A stretch of DNA of 64,000 bases from an uncultured Actinomycetes bacterium (GTDB lineage: Bacteria; Actinomycetota; UBA4738; HRBIN12), in assembly GCA_963821935.1 (NCBI GenBank), contig CAWGFM010000001.1, positions 104-64,103 on the forward strand, written 5' to 3'. Position 1 is the stretch's first letter; each line of letters opens with the position of its first letter. The notes below the pieces were generated by a model. The model did not search any database. It was not told where the DNA came from and saw only the letters and a program-made list of their open reading frames with translations. Position numbers and translations under genes: made by a program. This document shows positions 1-9,553 of the stretch, one piece after another.

Positions 1-52
1 CTAGGAAGGAGTCTCCCGGACCGACGAACTCGTTCCATCCGAAGGAGGAGCC

Positions 53-403
53 ATGGTGACGGTCAACGTCGTCGTGCTCGCCGGCACCGTCTCGGCCGAC
101 CCGGTCGAGCGCAAGATGCCGTCGGGTGACGAGGTGACCGAGCTCAGGCTCTCCGTTCCGGAGGCGGGCAGACGCCTCCTCCCTCTCCCGGTCGCGGCGT
201 GGCACGCCACGGTCGGCCCCCAGGCAGTGCGCGGCATCGCCAAGGGCGACGAGGTGCTCGTTCACGGGCAGCTCGTTCGCCGGTTCTACCGGAGTGGAGC
301 CGGAGCTCGAAGCCTCACCGAGGTGGTGGCCAGCGGCATCAAGAAGCTGGAGCCGCCTCCGGATCAACACCAGGATCGATCGGTACGTCCAGCGGCATCA
401 TGA
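53..403 (+). CDS. ssb: Single-stranded DNA-binding protein family (short SSB paralog)
   Basis: N-terminal VNVVVLAG...DP.ERKMPSG and KGDEVLVHGQL..RFY are OB-fold SSB-like; AAGGAGG SD upstream; no acidic DDDIPF tail. Confidence 0.8.
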   Translation: MVTVNVVVLAGTVSADPVERKMPSGDEVTELRLSVPEAGRRLLPLPVAAWHATVGPQAVRGIAKGDEVLVHGQLVRRFYRSGAGARSLTEVVASGIKKLEPPPDQHQDRSVRPAAS

Positions 404-604
404 CCATGCCGGTGAGGGGCTTGGGCCAGAAATAGGTCGACTTCTCCGGCAGGCGCTCCCCGCGTTCGATCACGGAACGGATCCGGTCTGGGGTCGTGGG
501 CGGCAAGAGGTAGGCGCCCACGGCCTCGCCGGACCGCACCGCTTCGTCGGCGGTCACGGCATCGTGGACGTATCGGAGGTCGCCACGTGGCACGCGCCCG
601 TCCA
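205..604. repeat. 400-bp direct repeat, left copy
   Basis: Matches 8157-8556 (offset 7952) with no mismatch seen by eye; extends to 615/8567 with 2 mismatches. Confidence 0.95.
339..604 (-). pseudogene. Duplicated 3' fragment of the DUF1015-family gene
   Basis: Same translation as the C-terminus of 8291-9511 (LPEKSTYFWPKPLTG); 5' part absent. Confidence 0.85.
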
Positions 605-723
605 AGAGCCCGGCAGCTCGGATGGTCTCGGCTGTCTCAGGCACGGTGGCTTCGTTCCGTTCTTTGAGGCACCCAGTTGGCTTGTGAGAGCAAGGAGATG
701 TGGGTATCAGTCGTGGCTATGCG

Positions 724-957
724 TCACTCGTCGTCGCTGTGAGCCTTCACAGCATGCTGCAAGAGTGTGGATAGTTTCTCTGCCTCCTCCGGGGCCAGGC
801 TGATCGCCTCGTGAGGGTTCCGCTCGTTCTGAACGAGGACGAACCTGTGCCCTGACTCACTCTTCAAAGCCTCTACGGACAGAGGTCCTTCCTTGAACTC
901 TGCGATCGGTGAGAGCGCTTCCATCCTCGCGTACTCGACTGCCCCTGCATCCTCCAT
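724..957 (-). CDS. Small hypothetical protein (77 aa)
   Basis: GAGGAG SD before ATG at 957; plausible protein composition. Confidence 0.55.
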   Translation of the reverse strand: MEDAGAVEYARMEALSPIAEFKEGPLSVEALKSESGHRFVLVQNERNPHEAISLAPEEAEKLSTLLQHAVKAHSDDE

Positions 958-1095
958 CCGGCTCCTCCTCAGAACACCACCACGAACAGGAAAACAGCAC
1001 ACCGACTAACACAAGTGACGATCCTCGGCCTCACAGGCGTGATCGGGGATACCTCTCGGGGGGTAGCGCGGCGGAGCGGCCTTCATACTGAGGGC

Positions 1096-2439
1096 GTGAT
1101 TCCGGAAACCCTGTACGCCAAGACCAGCGACGATGTATGGATCGCCTATCACGCCGTGGGGACCGGTGGGCTGGATCTTATCCTTGTGAACGGCTGGGTC
1201 TCCCATCTCGAGGTCTACTGGGAGCAGCCGCGGTTCGCCAACATGCTCGGCAAGTTGGCACAGCATGCGCGCGTCATCAACTTCGACAAGCGGGGCACCG
1301 GCCTGTCTGACCGGATCAGTCGCGTGCCCGATCTCGAGGCCAGGATGGATGACATCCGAGCCGTCATGGACGCTGCCGACAGTCGCCGGGCGGTGCTGCT
1401 CGGTTGGGGTGACGGCGCCGCGCTCGCGGGGCTCTTTGCGGCGACCTACCCGGATCGCGCTGCTGGATTGATCCTCAGCGGCGGGAACGCCCGCATGGCC
1501 TGGGCGCCCGACTACCCGTGGGGCCTGCCCCAAGATCGCTGGGACAGGGAACACGCCCGACTCGCTGAGATCTGGGGAAGTGAGCGGTTCGCCCGCGAAT
1601 GGGCGGAGATGTCTTGGGTGCTGGAACCCGGTGACCTCGACGATCCAGATCTCTTGCGGTGGGTAGCGAGGTGGGCCCGGTACTCGGCAGCCCCTGGGGG
1701 CATGCTGGCCCTTGACGAGATGTGGTTCCAGACCGACGTGCGGGATGTCTTGTCCGCGATCCAGGTCCCTACGGCCGTCATCCACCCCGAGGGGGTACAG
1801 GAAGAGGAATCCCGATGGGTTGCCGCGCAGATCCACGGCGCCGACCTGATCACCCTTCCCGGCGGACATCGGGTCCCGTGGATGGGCGATCTCGACGAGT
1901 TGAACGAGGTCGTGCATACCTTCGTCGCATCGATCGAGGTGCAGGAGGCTGCGTTCGATCGACTCCTCGCGACCGTCCTGTTCACCGACATCGTGGACTC
2001 AACCAGCCAGAGCGCCGCGGTCGGAGACTCCGCCTGGCGCAAGCTGCAAGAAAGACATCACCAGATCGTCCGGGCTCAGCTTTCCCGGCACCGGGGTCGG
2101 GAGATCAAGACGATGGGAGATGGCTTTCTAGCTACCTTCGATGGTCCAGGTCGAGCCATCAAGTGTGCCCAGGCAATCACGCTGGCCGTGCGTTCCCTCG
2201 GGATCGAGATCAGGGCCGGTCTTCATACGGGTGAGATCGAGTTGCAGGATGAGGACATCGGGGGTATCGCGGTGGCGATCTGTGCGCGAGTCGGCGCCTT
2301 GGCGGCCCCGAGTGAGATCCTGGTCTCGAGCACCGTCAAGGACCTCGTCGTGGGGTCCGGCATCCTCTTCGAGGACCGCGGCGGCCATTCTCTCAAGGGG
2401 ATCCCCGAGGAGTGGCGCCTCTACGCGGTCATGGCCTGA
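1096..2439 (+). CDS. Alpha/beta-hydrolase-fold + class III adenylate/guanylate cyclase (LipJ-like architecture)
   Basis: FDKRGTGLSD hydrolase motif; LFTDIVDST, KTMGDGFLATF, IRAGLHTGE cyclase motifs; CATACT -10 six nt before GTG 1096. Confidence 0.9.
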   Translation: MIPETLYAKTSDDVWIAYHAVGTGGLDLILVNGWVSHLEVYWEQPRFANMLGKLAQHARVINFDKRGTGLSDRISRVPDLEARMDDIRAVMDAADSRRAVLLGWGDGAALAGLFAATYPDRAAGLILSGGNARMAWAPDYPWGLPQDRWDREHARLAEIWGSERFAREWAEMSWVLEPGDLDDPDLLRWVARWARYSAAPGGMLALDEMWFQTDVRDVLSAIQVPTAVIHPEGVQEEESRWVAAQIHGADLITLPGGHRVPWMGDLDELNEVVHTFVASIEVQEAAFDRLLATVLFTDIVDSTSQSAAVGDSAWRKLQERHHQIVRAQLSRHRGREIKTMGDGFLATFDGPGRAIKCAQAITLAVRSLGIEIRAGLHTGEIELQDEDIGGIAVAICARVGALAAPSEILVSSTVKDLVVGSGILFEDRGGHSLKGIPEEWRLYAVMA

Positions 2440-2519
2440 GTTTGAATCGGGATGACCCCGGCTGACTCTGGCATCGACGGACTGTGGAGCCCCGTCGGCG
2501 AACGCGGCTACGCTCAGCC

Positions 2520-2636
2520 ATGCTCCCGATCCTCGTCCAGCACCTACCCCGTGCCCGTGAGCGGCTGGGTGTGAGCGAGGGCCACATGGCCAGTGCCCGG
2601 TGGACGACTTCATGAAGATCGAGCCGGGCAGGGCTA
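2520..2636 (+). pseudogene. Decayed small XRE-like HTH gene, copy A
   Basis: MLPILVQHLPRARERLGVSEGHMA, similar to copies at 6011 and 6938; frame broken. Confidence 0.6.
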
Positions 2637-2782
2637 GGTCGGCGAACCTCGCGACAACACGCCTAAGGGCAGCAGCTGCCGGTCATCCGATATGTCTACC
2701 GCCGCTTCGAGTCGCCAGACCGTCATGGGAACGCCCCCGGCCGATTGGCCGAGGGCGCTTCCCTCATGGTCGACAAGTGGCC

Positions 2783-3304
2783 CTACGAGCCTTCGCCAGC
2801 GCCCTCTCCGCCTTCGCCCTCGCCTTCGCCAGAGCCCTCGCCTTCGCAATCGCTCACCCAGAAGGTCTTGTGTTTGGTGTCCGCACCGATCGAGCCCTCG
2901 GCGTGGACGGTGAGCTTGACGTGGAAGCCTTGCTGATCGTGGGCTGCCAGTCCTGCGTCTCCGATAGGTCCGGCGAGATCGACGTCCAAGGTCGCGTCGA
3001 GATCGTTCGCGCCTCCCGCTGGGTCTTCGCCGATGAACGTCGAGTCCTCGAACAGCACACCCTGCCCGCTGGGCGGACGCAACTCGAACGTGGCGGTTCC
3101 TGTCAGAGGACCCTCGTCGAAGCCCGCGAACTGGATCTGGAGCTGGCAGCCCGCGTGCGGTTGATTGCCGTTGGTGTCGTCGGAGGCTCCGCGCACCTTC
3201 ACGGTTCCGTTGTTGCCGGGCGGGTTCCCGCCCCACGCGGTTGCCGCTGACACCGTGAGGACGCTAAGTGCGCCCACGACGATAAGAATCGGACGAAGCC
3301 TCAT
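2783..3304 (-). CDS. Secreted hypothetical protein with Gly/Glu-rich tail
   Basis: Signal-peptide-like N-terminus, GGAGGAAGGG SD, two Cys, C-terminal GEGSGEGEGEGG. Confidence 0.75.
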   Translation of the reverse strand: MRLRPILIVVGALSVLTVSAATAWGGNPPGNNGTVKVRGASDDTNGNQPHAGCQLQIQFAGFDEGPLTGTATFELRPPSGQGVLFEDSTFIGEDPAGGANDLDATLDVDLAGPIGDAGLAAHDQQGFHVKLTVHAEGSIGADTKHKTFWVSDCEGEGSGEGEGEGGEGAGEGS

Positions 3305-3639
3305 CCCTTCCTCCCGTTCCTAGCCTGCCGACCTCTGCCACCGGCCAGCCCGATTGGCGAACTCCCTCCTCCTCGTTATCGGCTCGCGGCTCTCGCTTCG
3401 GATAGCGGCCTTTCGCACCATTCTCGCGGCCGTTGGGCCAGGACCGATCGGTAGCCGGATGTCTCTCTCGAGATCGCCGAACACCCGCCTGACCACGGCC
3501 GTGCCCGAGATGGATCGGTGGAACGACCGGACGGACACGAGGTCAGGCTGCGACGGGCGGCGTAGAACCCGCGTTTGTTGCCTCCTAGCTGGAGGCCCAT
3601 GGGTTAGGGTCGGCGTCACTTCGAGCGACCGGGGGACTG

Positions 3640-4017
3640 ATGCTGGCCGAGTGGTCATTCGCCGACCTTCTGTGGGGCATGCTCGCCTTCTTCTTCTGGT
3701 TCCTGGCGATCTGGATCGTGATCACGATCTTCAGCGACATCTTTCGCCGCAGCGATCTGACCGGGGGTGAAAAGGCAGGCTGGATCTTCCTGTTGTTCAT
3801 ACTGCCGATCATCGGCGCTCTGATCTACATGAACAGCCGTCCGAAGGTGATGACCGAGCAGGACCGACTGATCGAGGAATCCCAGGAGGCGCAGCGCCGG
3901 TTCGAGGGCTACTCGGCAGCAGACGAGGTCGCCAAGCTCGCGAAGCTCCACGACGAGGGGAAGATCACCACAGAGGAGTACGCGCATCTGAAGCGCAAGG
4001 CGATGCTCCAGTTCTAG
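3640..4017 (+). CDS. Membrane protein, PLDc_N-like + SHOCT domain
   Basis: DIFRRSDLTGGEKAGW two-TM module; EVAKLAKLHDEGKITTEEY SHOCT motif. Confidence 0.85.
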   Translation: MLAEWSFADLLWGMLAFFFWFLAIWIVITIFSDIFRRSDLTGGEKAGWIFLLFILPIIGALIYMNSRPKVMTEQDRLIEESQEAQRRFEGYSAADEVAKLAKLHDEGKITTEEYAHLKRKAMLQF

Positions 4018-4425
4018 TTCTCAGACCCTCCCCGAGCTGGCTGACGCCAGCCACGGTTGTGCCCACCATTCGCGCCCACACCGCGCCGGAGAACAGACCG
4101 AGGCCCGCGAGCAAGACGACGACGCCCACCGATCAGGTGGATCCATCCCCAGAGTCGTCGAATCTCTTCGTCCTCGACTTTGCTGGAGCCGTGGTCGGGT
4201 CTAAGTGTCAGCCGGCAGAAGGCCCGATTGAACGTGGTTTCGACTACGTGTGACGCCGCTCGGAACGGGTTTCGCCGATTTCGGAACGTCACCCCGGTGA
4301 GTCGTTATCCTCCCACTGGTCAAGTCGAGGACAGACGAAAGGACCGGGGGCTACTCGGCTCCCGAGGTGGTCCCCGTAACTCTTTGGAACCGGCTGCGGA
4401 TGCCCTGGCCCGATGAGGGACCGTC

Positions 4426-5232
4426 GTGATGGACGAAGAGCTCTCGGGGTCGGACTCGGTCACGTCTCCCATGGACTACGACGCCGAACTGCGGCTGCTC
4501 AACGAAGTGTTACGCCTTGCCTACGGCATCGAACGGCACGACCGCGTCCTGGACGTCGGATGCGGAGCGGGACAGACGACCCGTGAGGTGGCGCGCATGG
4601 CCGCCGAGGGCAGCGCGCTGGGCATCGACCTGTCCGCGGAGGCGATCGCCCGCGCCCGCGAGCTCGCTCAGGTGGAGGGGATCCGCAACGTGACGTTCGA
4701 ACACGCCGACGCGCAGGCTGACCCGTTCCCCTCGGAGCGTTTCGACCTCGTCGTCAGCAGGTTCGGGACCATGTTCTTTCAGGACCCCGCCGCCGCGTTC
4801 GCCAACATCGAACGGGCTCTACGGCCCGCTGGCGGACTGGTGATGATGGTCTGGCAGGGACACGAACAGAACGAGTGGTCCGTAGCGATCGAGGAAGCCT
4901 TGGGGAACTCCAGAGACGCTCCGGCCTCTGAGGCACTCGATCCGTTCTCGATGGCCGATCCGGCGAAGGTCGAGGGAATCCTGGATGCGGCGGGCTTCAC
5001 TGACGTCACCTTCACCGATGTCCAAAGGCCCATCCACTTCGGTCGAGACGTCGCGGCGGCGCTCGAGTGGATCCGCGGCTTCACGTGCACGAGAGAGGCG
5101 CTTGTGGGGCGGGACACGGCATCGGCGGACCGAGCACTCGGGCGCTTGCGAAAGACTCTCGGGGCGCACGCGAGCGGAGATGGCGTGTGGTTCGACTCGC
5201 GGGCCTGGATCGTGAAGGCACATCGTCTATGA
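4426..5232 (+). CDS. Class I SAM-dependent methyltransferase
   Basis: VLDVGCGAG motif I; FDLVVSRFGTMFF. Confidence 0.9.
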   Translation: MMDEELSGSDSVTSPMDYDAELRLLNEVLRLAYGIERHDRVLDVGCGAGQTTREVARMAAEGSALGIDLSAEAIARARELAQVEGIRNVTFEHADAQADPFPSERFDLVVSRFGTMFFQDPAAAFANIERALRPAGGLVMMVWQGHEQNEWSVAIEEALGNSRDAPASEALDPFSMADPAKVEGILDAAGFTDVTFTDVQRPIHFGRDVAAALEWIRGFTCTREALVGRDTASADRALGRLRKTLGAHASGDGVWFDSRAWIVKAHRL

Positions 5233-5495
5233 ACGGGATGGCAGATTGGGGCACAGAGCAGGATCAGCCGGCTGAACGACGCCAGCCAATGAAAGAAGGG
5301 TCCGGACCGCCGTCCAGGCCACGCTCGGCTGCTCGGGCGATCTTCGCTGATTCCCGCATCGGAGGATTGTGGGGAGGCAGCCGAAAGAGACGCCAGTCTT
5401 CCGCTTCGAGTCGAGCAAGGATCTCTCGATGAGGGTAGCCTCAATCCGTGCCCCGTCGGAGTCGATGTTCGCGCTCTCTCTAGACAGAGCACGCC

Positions 5496-5942
5496 GTGGG
5501 TGAGCCCATCCAGCGTTCGCTTTCCCGCACGAGATTGACTGACCTCTACCGCCAGTCCAGGCCCGAACCGATCGTGCCCTTCCCTCGGATGCTGGCGTCC
5601 ATCTCCACCGACATCCACTATTCCTGCGGCCGGGGAACGCCTCAGATGCCTGACTTCGGATACTGCGAGACGGGATCGCCGCGTCTCATCGTTCAGGTTG
5701 CACCAGGCCCAGGCGACCGCAACTTCCCGGAGGTCCGCATAGACGTTCGCTGGACCTCGCATCGAGATGCGACAGGCTGGACCACCTCATCGGATGCCCA
5801 GGGACCGCGACACGGAGACTTCCTGAACGGCTGGACGCGTCGATCCCTTGTCTACCTGATCGACAAGTGCCTCGAAAACGAAGGCAAGTGCGGTCAGGTC
5901 AATGCGAAGGACTTCACCGGCGTCGCTCAGAAGGCTTACTGA
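5496..5942 (+). pseudogene. Possible DUF1996-like fragment
   Basis: C-terminal HGDFLNGW...LIDKC resembles the DUF1996 end (from memory); N-terminus looks missing or decayed. Confidence 0.4.
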
Positions 5943-6010
5943 ACCACCCCACGACGCAACAACGGGTCAGCGACCGTTCGGAGCGTCGGCGAGTGCCGCT
6001 AGTGTCAACC

Positions 6011-6097
6011 ATGCTCCCCATCCTCGTTCAGCACCTGCCTCGCGACCGTGAGCGGCTGGGACTGAGCGAGGGTCACCTGCCTGGATACTCGGCATCT
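6011..6097 (+). pseudogene. Decayed small XRE-like HTH gene, copy B
   Basis: MLPILVQHLPRDRERLGLSEGHL then, after a 1-nt shift, WILGI; ends at the stop codon of 6098-6787. Confidence 0.6.
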
Positions 6098-6787
6098 TCA
6101 CCGACGCGGGAACGTGATGATCGTGAGCAGCCCGTAGAGCATTAGTCCGCCCGCCAGCACGAGGACGCCGACCCGCACCCGCAAGATCCTGAAGCGCTGT
6201 GACAACGCGAGCAGGAACAGGACGGTCGCCAGTACCACTGTCGTACGGATGTAGTCGTCGGCACGGCCCCGCGCGGCCGTGCCCTCGTCGAAGACACGCC
6301 TGGCCACTCCGTTCAAATCCGAGCCTCTCTCGATCTCGGTATTGACGTACTCGGGCATGAAACTCGGGCCTGGTGGCGCGTCCGGGTTCGTGAAGGGGTC
6401 GGTGGCGAGCCACGCATCGAAGGCGACTTTGAACTCGGCACTGAAACGACGTTCGTACAATGCCGCCAACTCGGTTCGCCCCTCGTACCGCGCTTCGATC
6501 CAGGTGTTGAATGTGGTGACGTCCAGGAGGCGCTGCTGTCCACCCAGCGTTAGGAGCTGATCGGCACGGATCCTGATCGCTGCGTCCTCGCCGTACAGCT
6601 CCGCCTGAAGGCCGTCCCATCTCGCCGCCTGGTACCCGCTCCAAGCGGTCGCGATCGCGACGACAGCGAGCAAGATCGCCTCCAAAATCTCGACGGACCA
6701 CTCGCGGCGGGATTTCGTGGACTGGGCGGGCGCGTCACTGCCCTCTGCTATCGCTCCAGCGATCTCGACATTGAGGTCTTCCGGCAT
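6098..6787 (-). CDS. Membrane protein, three predicted TM segments (DUF4337-like)
   Basis: AIATAWSGYQAARW; hydrophobic N- and C-terminal helices. Confidence 0.75.
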   Translation of the reverse strand: MPEDLNVEIAGAIAEGSDAPAQSTKSRREWSVEILEAILLAVVAIATAWSGYQAARWDGLQAELYGEDAAIRIRADQLLTLGGQQRLLDVTTFNTWIEARYEGRTELAALYERRFSAEFKVAFDAWLATDPFTNPDAPPGPSFMPEYVNTEIERGSDLNGVARRVFDEGTAARGRADDYIRTTVVLATVLFLLALSQRFRILRVRVGVLVLAGGLMLYGLLTIITFPRR

Positions 6788-6937
6788 CGGAACCTGGCGT
6801 TCAGGCTACCGCACGGCGGTAGCTCGACGCAGACATCGCCGCTGAGTGCGAACGCCAGGAGGGTGAAGGCTAGCCCCCAAGCCTGAGGCCATCTCGCACA
6901 TATCGAGCGCGTCGGCATCTTCGCCTAGCCTGGCCCG

Positions 6938-7098
6938 ATGCTCCCCATCCTCGTTCAACATCTACCCCGGGACCGTGAACGGCGGGCGTCAGTGTGGGAC
7001 ACATGGCCTGGCTCCTAGGGATCTCGCGCCCGGAGTATCGGGAGCTGGAGGCCGGGAAGGCTTCGATGATCGTCCCTTCCCACGCCGCCCTAGTTTGA
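6938..7098 (+). pseudogene. Small XRE-like HTH gene, copy C (1-nt frameshift)
   Basis: MLPILVQHLPRDRER / GVSVGHMAWLLGISRPEYRELEAGK after restoring one base. Confidence 0.65.
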
Positions 7099-7149
7099 CA
7101 GGGTCCCTGGTGTGCGATACGCAGATTCTTGAAGCGAAAGGACACCGCC

Positions 7150-7443
7150 ATGGATGAAGGAACTGGCTCACAGCGGCACCCGGTCCGCGTATTGATCCGC
7201 GATGAGGAGGTCCATGACGTTTTGGCCCACTCGTGGATGCACGTCTCCTCCGAGGCCTCCGATAACGCCCAGGGCCACGGCTGGAAGTTCGAGCCCGGAA
7301 ATCCCCAGGAAGGTGTCGAGGGCCAGGTCTACGTGATGAGCGTGCATCAGGGGGGCGACGAGGCCCAGATGAACCGAGGGAGCTGGCTTCGTCGGTTCGA
7401 CCCTGACGACTTCGAGGGCGAGGGAGTCGGGGGGCTCTTCTGA
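7150..7443 (+). CDS. Small acidic hypothetical protein (97 aa)
   Basis: GAAAGGA SD before ATG 7150; GC-rich third positions. Confidence 0.6.
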   Translation: MDEGTGSQRHPVRVLIRDEEVHDVLAHSWMHVSSEASDNAQGHGWKFEPGNPQEGVEGQVYVMSVHQGGDEAQMNRGSWLRRFDPDDFEGEGVGGLF

Positions 7444-7737
7444 ATCCCGCCGGTCCCGACGATCTCGACGCTCAGGGGTTCAGCGCGGGCGTCCTCAAGC
7501 CCGACCTTAGCGGCAGTTGGACCCTCGAACTCGACGACAACCAGGGCTAGGACGACAGGTCCCGAGCGTGACCGGGGTGAGTCGAGCGACCGAACCAGGG
7601 CAACCCTCACCGGCACGTCGGTAGTCGGAGCGGTAAGGAAGTGGGCCGCCGCCGTTTCCGCAGACCCTCGCTTGACCTACAGAGATTGCGTGAGGTAGAA
7701 CTCGTTGCCACTAGCGGTGGTTGGATCGGGGGCAGCA

Positions 7738-8091
7738 GTGAAGCTGGTGCGAATGGCAATCTTCTCGGCGATCGCCGCCGTGACGCTCCTAGGGACTGTT
7801 CCTGCGATGGCAGACCCGCCGTCGACCAATCCGAACGTGAATCCCTTTACCTTCACCTGCGTCCGGGGGGCAGACACTTTGACCTTCCAGGCCACGGGGA
7901 TTCTGCAGAGCGCTCAGGTAGCTGGCCAGCGCGTGGACGGGACCGGCGTCGTCGTCTTCAAGCGCCTCGTCATCGATGGCCAGCTCGTGTTCGAGGTGCC
8001 CGGACAAGCCAAGCGGTCCGACCTCTGGTCCTGCACCGTGGCGGAGGAGCTAACGTTTCTGCTCGATGTCTTCTTGACTCCTCGGAACTGA
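7738..8091 (+). CDS. Secreted hypothetical protein
   Basis: Signal peptide ending PAMA-D; two Cys; start uncertain. Confidence 0.7.
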   Translation: MKLVRMAIFSAIAAVTLLGTVPAMADPPSTNPNVNPFTFTCVRGADTLTFQATGILQSAQVAGQRVDGTGVVVFKRLVIDGQLVFEVPGQAKRSDLWSCTVAEELTFLLDVFLTPRN

Positions 8092-8156
8092 ATCCTCCGC
8101 TAGACGCATAGAGGGTCCGTCGTAGTCGCTGCGGGGAGGGTTCAAGCGTTTAGGAT

Positions 8157-8556
8157 CGCCACGGTCGGCCCCCAGGCAGTGCGCGGCATCGCCAAGGGCG
8201 ACGAGGTGCTCGTTCACGGGCAGCTCGTTCGCCGGTTCTACCGGAGTGGAGCCGGAGCTCGAAGCCTCACCGAGGTGGTGGCCAGCGGCATCAAGAAGCT
8301 GGAGCCGCCTCCGGATCAACACCAGGATCGATCGGTACGTCCAGCGGCATCATGACCATGCCGGTGAGGGGCTTGGGCCAGAAATAGGTCGACTTCTCCG
8401 GCAGGCGCTCCCCGCGTTCGATCACGGAACGGATCCGGTCTGGGGTCGTGGGCGGCAAGAGGTAGGCGCCCACGGCCTCGCCGGACCGCACCGCTTCGTC
8501 GGCGGTCACGGCATCGTGGACGTATCGGAGGTCGCCACGTGGCACGCGCCCGTCCA
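8157..8556. repeat. 400-bp direct repeat, right copy (contains 3' fragment of ssb)
   Basis: Matches 205-604. Confidence 0.95.
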
Positions 8557-9511
8557 GGAGCTCGGCATGCAGAGCCCCCACGGCCGGCGCTTCCCCGGGC
8601 AGCGGCAGGGTGTCGTAGCGCACGGATCCGTCCCGATCGCGTCGGACGGTCGCTGCCACCAGGTCGTCGTCAGAGCAGGCGGCCAACGCCTCGGCCAGGT
8701 CGCCCACCCGGCGATCGGCGACCCCGGCCATCGAACCCTCCAGCTGGATCCGGTGGTACGGCAGGACCGTCAGCTGCTGGGCTGCGGCGTCGACCACCAA
8801 CGTCAGGACGCGATCCCACGGGCCGGGGCCATCGACGCGACGGCGTTCGTCGCGGTAGTGCAGGGCAGTCGTGTAGCGGTGATGACCGTCCGCGATCAGG
8901 AGTGCGTCGTCGGCCACCCACTCCGCGACGGCCGGGACCGCGGCGATCGGCCACATGCGGTGGAGGACCCCTCGGTCATGGGCGGCGAAGGGGGCGGGGG
9001 TCTCGGCGACGGTCTTCAGCAGGACGGCGAGTGGCTCGCACGGACCACTGATCGTGCCGTAGATGGCCGACAGGTGCGTCCGGGTCGCTCGAAGCAATCG
9101 CAGCCGGTCCTGGATGGGTCCGTCCATGACGCGTTCGTGCGGCACGACCGATCCGTTCCCGGGCTCCAGATCCATCGCGCACACCAGGCCACGGATGGGG
9201 TGGTCGCCCCCGTGCGACTCGAAGGTCATCTCGTAGGCGTAGTAGGCGGGAGCCGACGGTGCGACCAGCACCCCTCGCGCGCGCCAGTCAGCCAGCAGGT
9301 GCGCCGCTCGCGCGTAGCGGTTCTCGGGATCCGAAGGGTTCTCGCTACCCTCGGCCAGGTCCAGATTCACAACGCTGTATGGGCTGGTGCGCAGGAGATC
9401 GAGACGACGTCGGTCGCTGATAACGTCGTACGGAGGTGCCGTGACGCGGTCGAGTGGACCTGCGACGGCCGTGTCGAACACCAGTCCGTGGAACGGGGAG
9501 ATGCGAGGCAT
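8291..9511 (-). CDS. DUF1015 family protein
   Basis: APPYDVIS, PHERV, IADGHHRYTTA, KSTYFWPK motifs; ATG at 9511. Confidence 0.9.
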   Translation of the reverse strand: MPRISPFHGLVFDTAVAGPLDRVTAPPYDVISDRRRLDLLRTSPYSVVNLDLAEGSENPSDPENRYARAAHLLADWRARGVLVAPSAPAYYAYEMTFESHGGDHPIRGLVCAMDLEPGNGSVVPHERVMDGPIQDRLRLLRATRTHLSAIYGTISGPCEPLAVLLKTVAETPAPFAAHDRGVLHRMWPIAAVPAVAEWVADDALLIADGHHRYTTALHYRDERRRVDGPGPWDRVLTLVVDAAAQQLTVLPYHRIQLEGSMAGVADRRVGDLAEALAACSDDDLVAATVRRDRDGSVRYDTLPLPGEAPAVGALHAELLDGRVPRGDLRYVHDAVTADEAVRSGEAVGAYLLPPTTPDRIRSVIERGERLPEKSTYFWPKPLTGMVMMPLDVPIDPGVDPEAAPAS

Positions 9512-9553
9512 CCACCTTTGTATAGCAGCGACGACCGGCGTGGCCACAGCACC

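Larger units (their letters stand above)
616..8156. other. Accessory island between direct repeats; no mobility gene recognised
   Basis: Short unrelated genes in mixed orientation, long spacers and gene relics, bounded by the 400-bp repeat. Confidence 0.7.

Noticed and set aside
2783-2850. Short CCTTCG/CCTCG tandem repeats
   Set aside because: They encode the Gly-Glu low-complexity tail of the secreted protein.
2520-7098. The three island repeats as DGR template/variable repeats for the RT
   Set aside because: Mismatches are mostly synonymous third positions rather than adenine-specific, the repeats lie ~38 kb from the RT, and no avd-like gene is seen.
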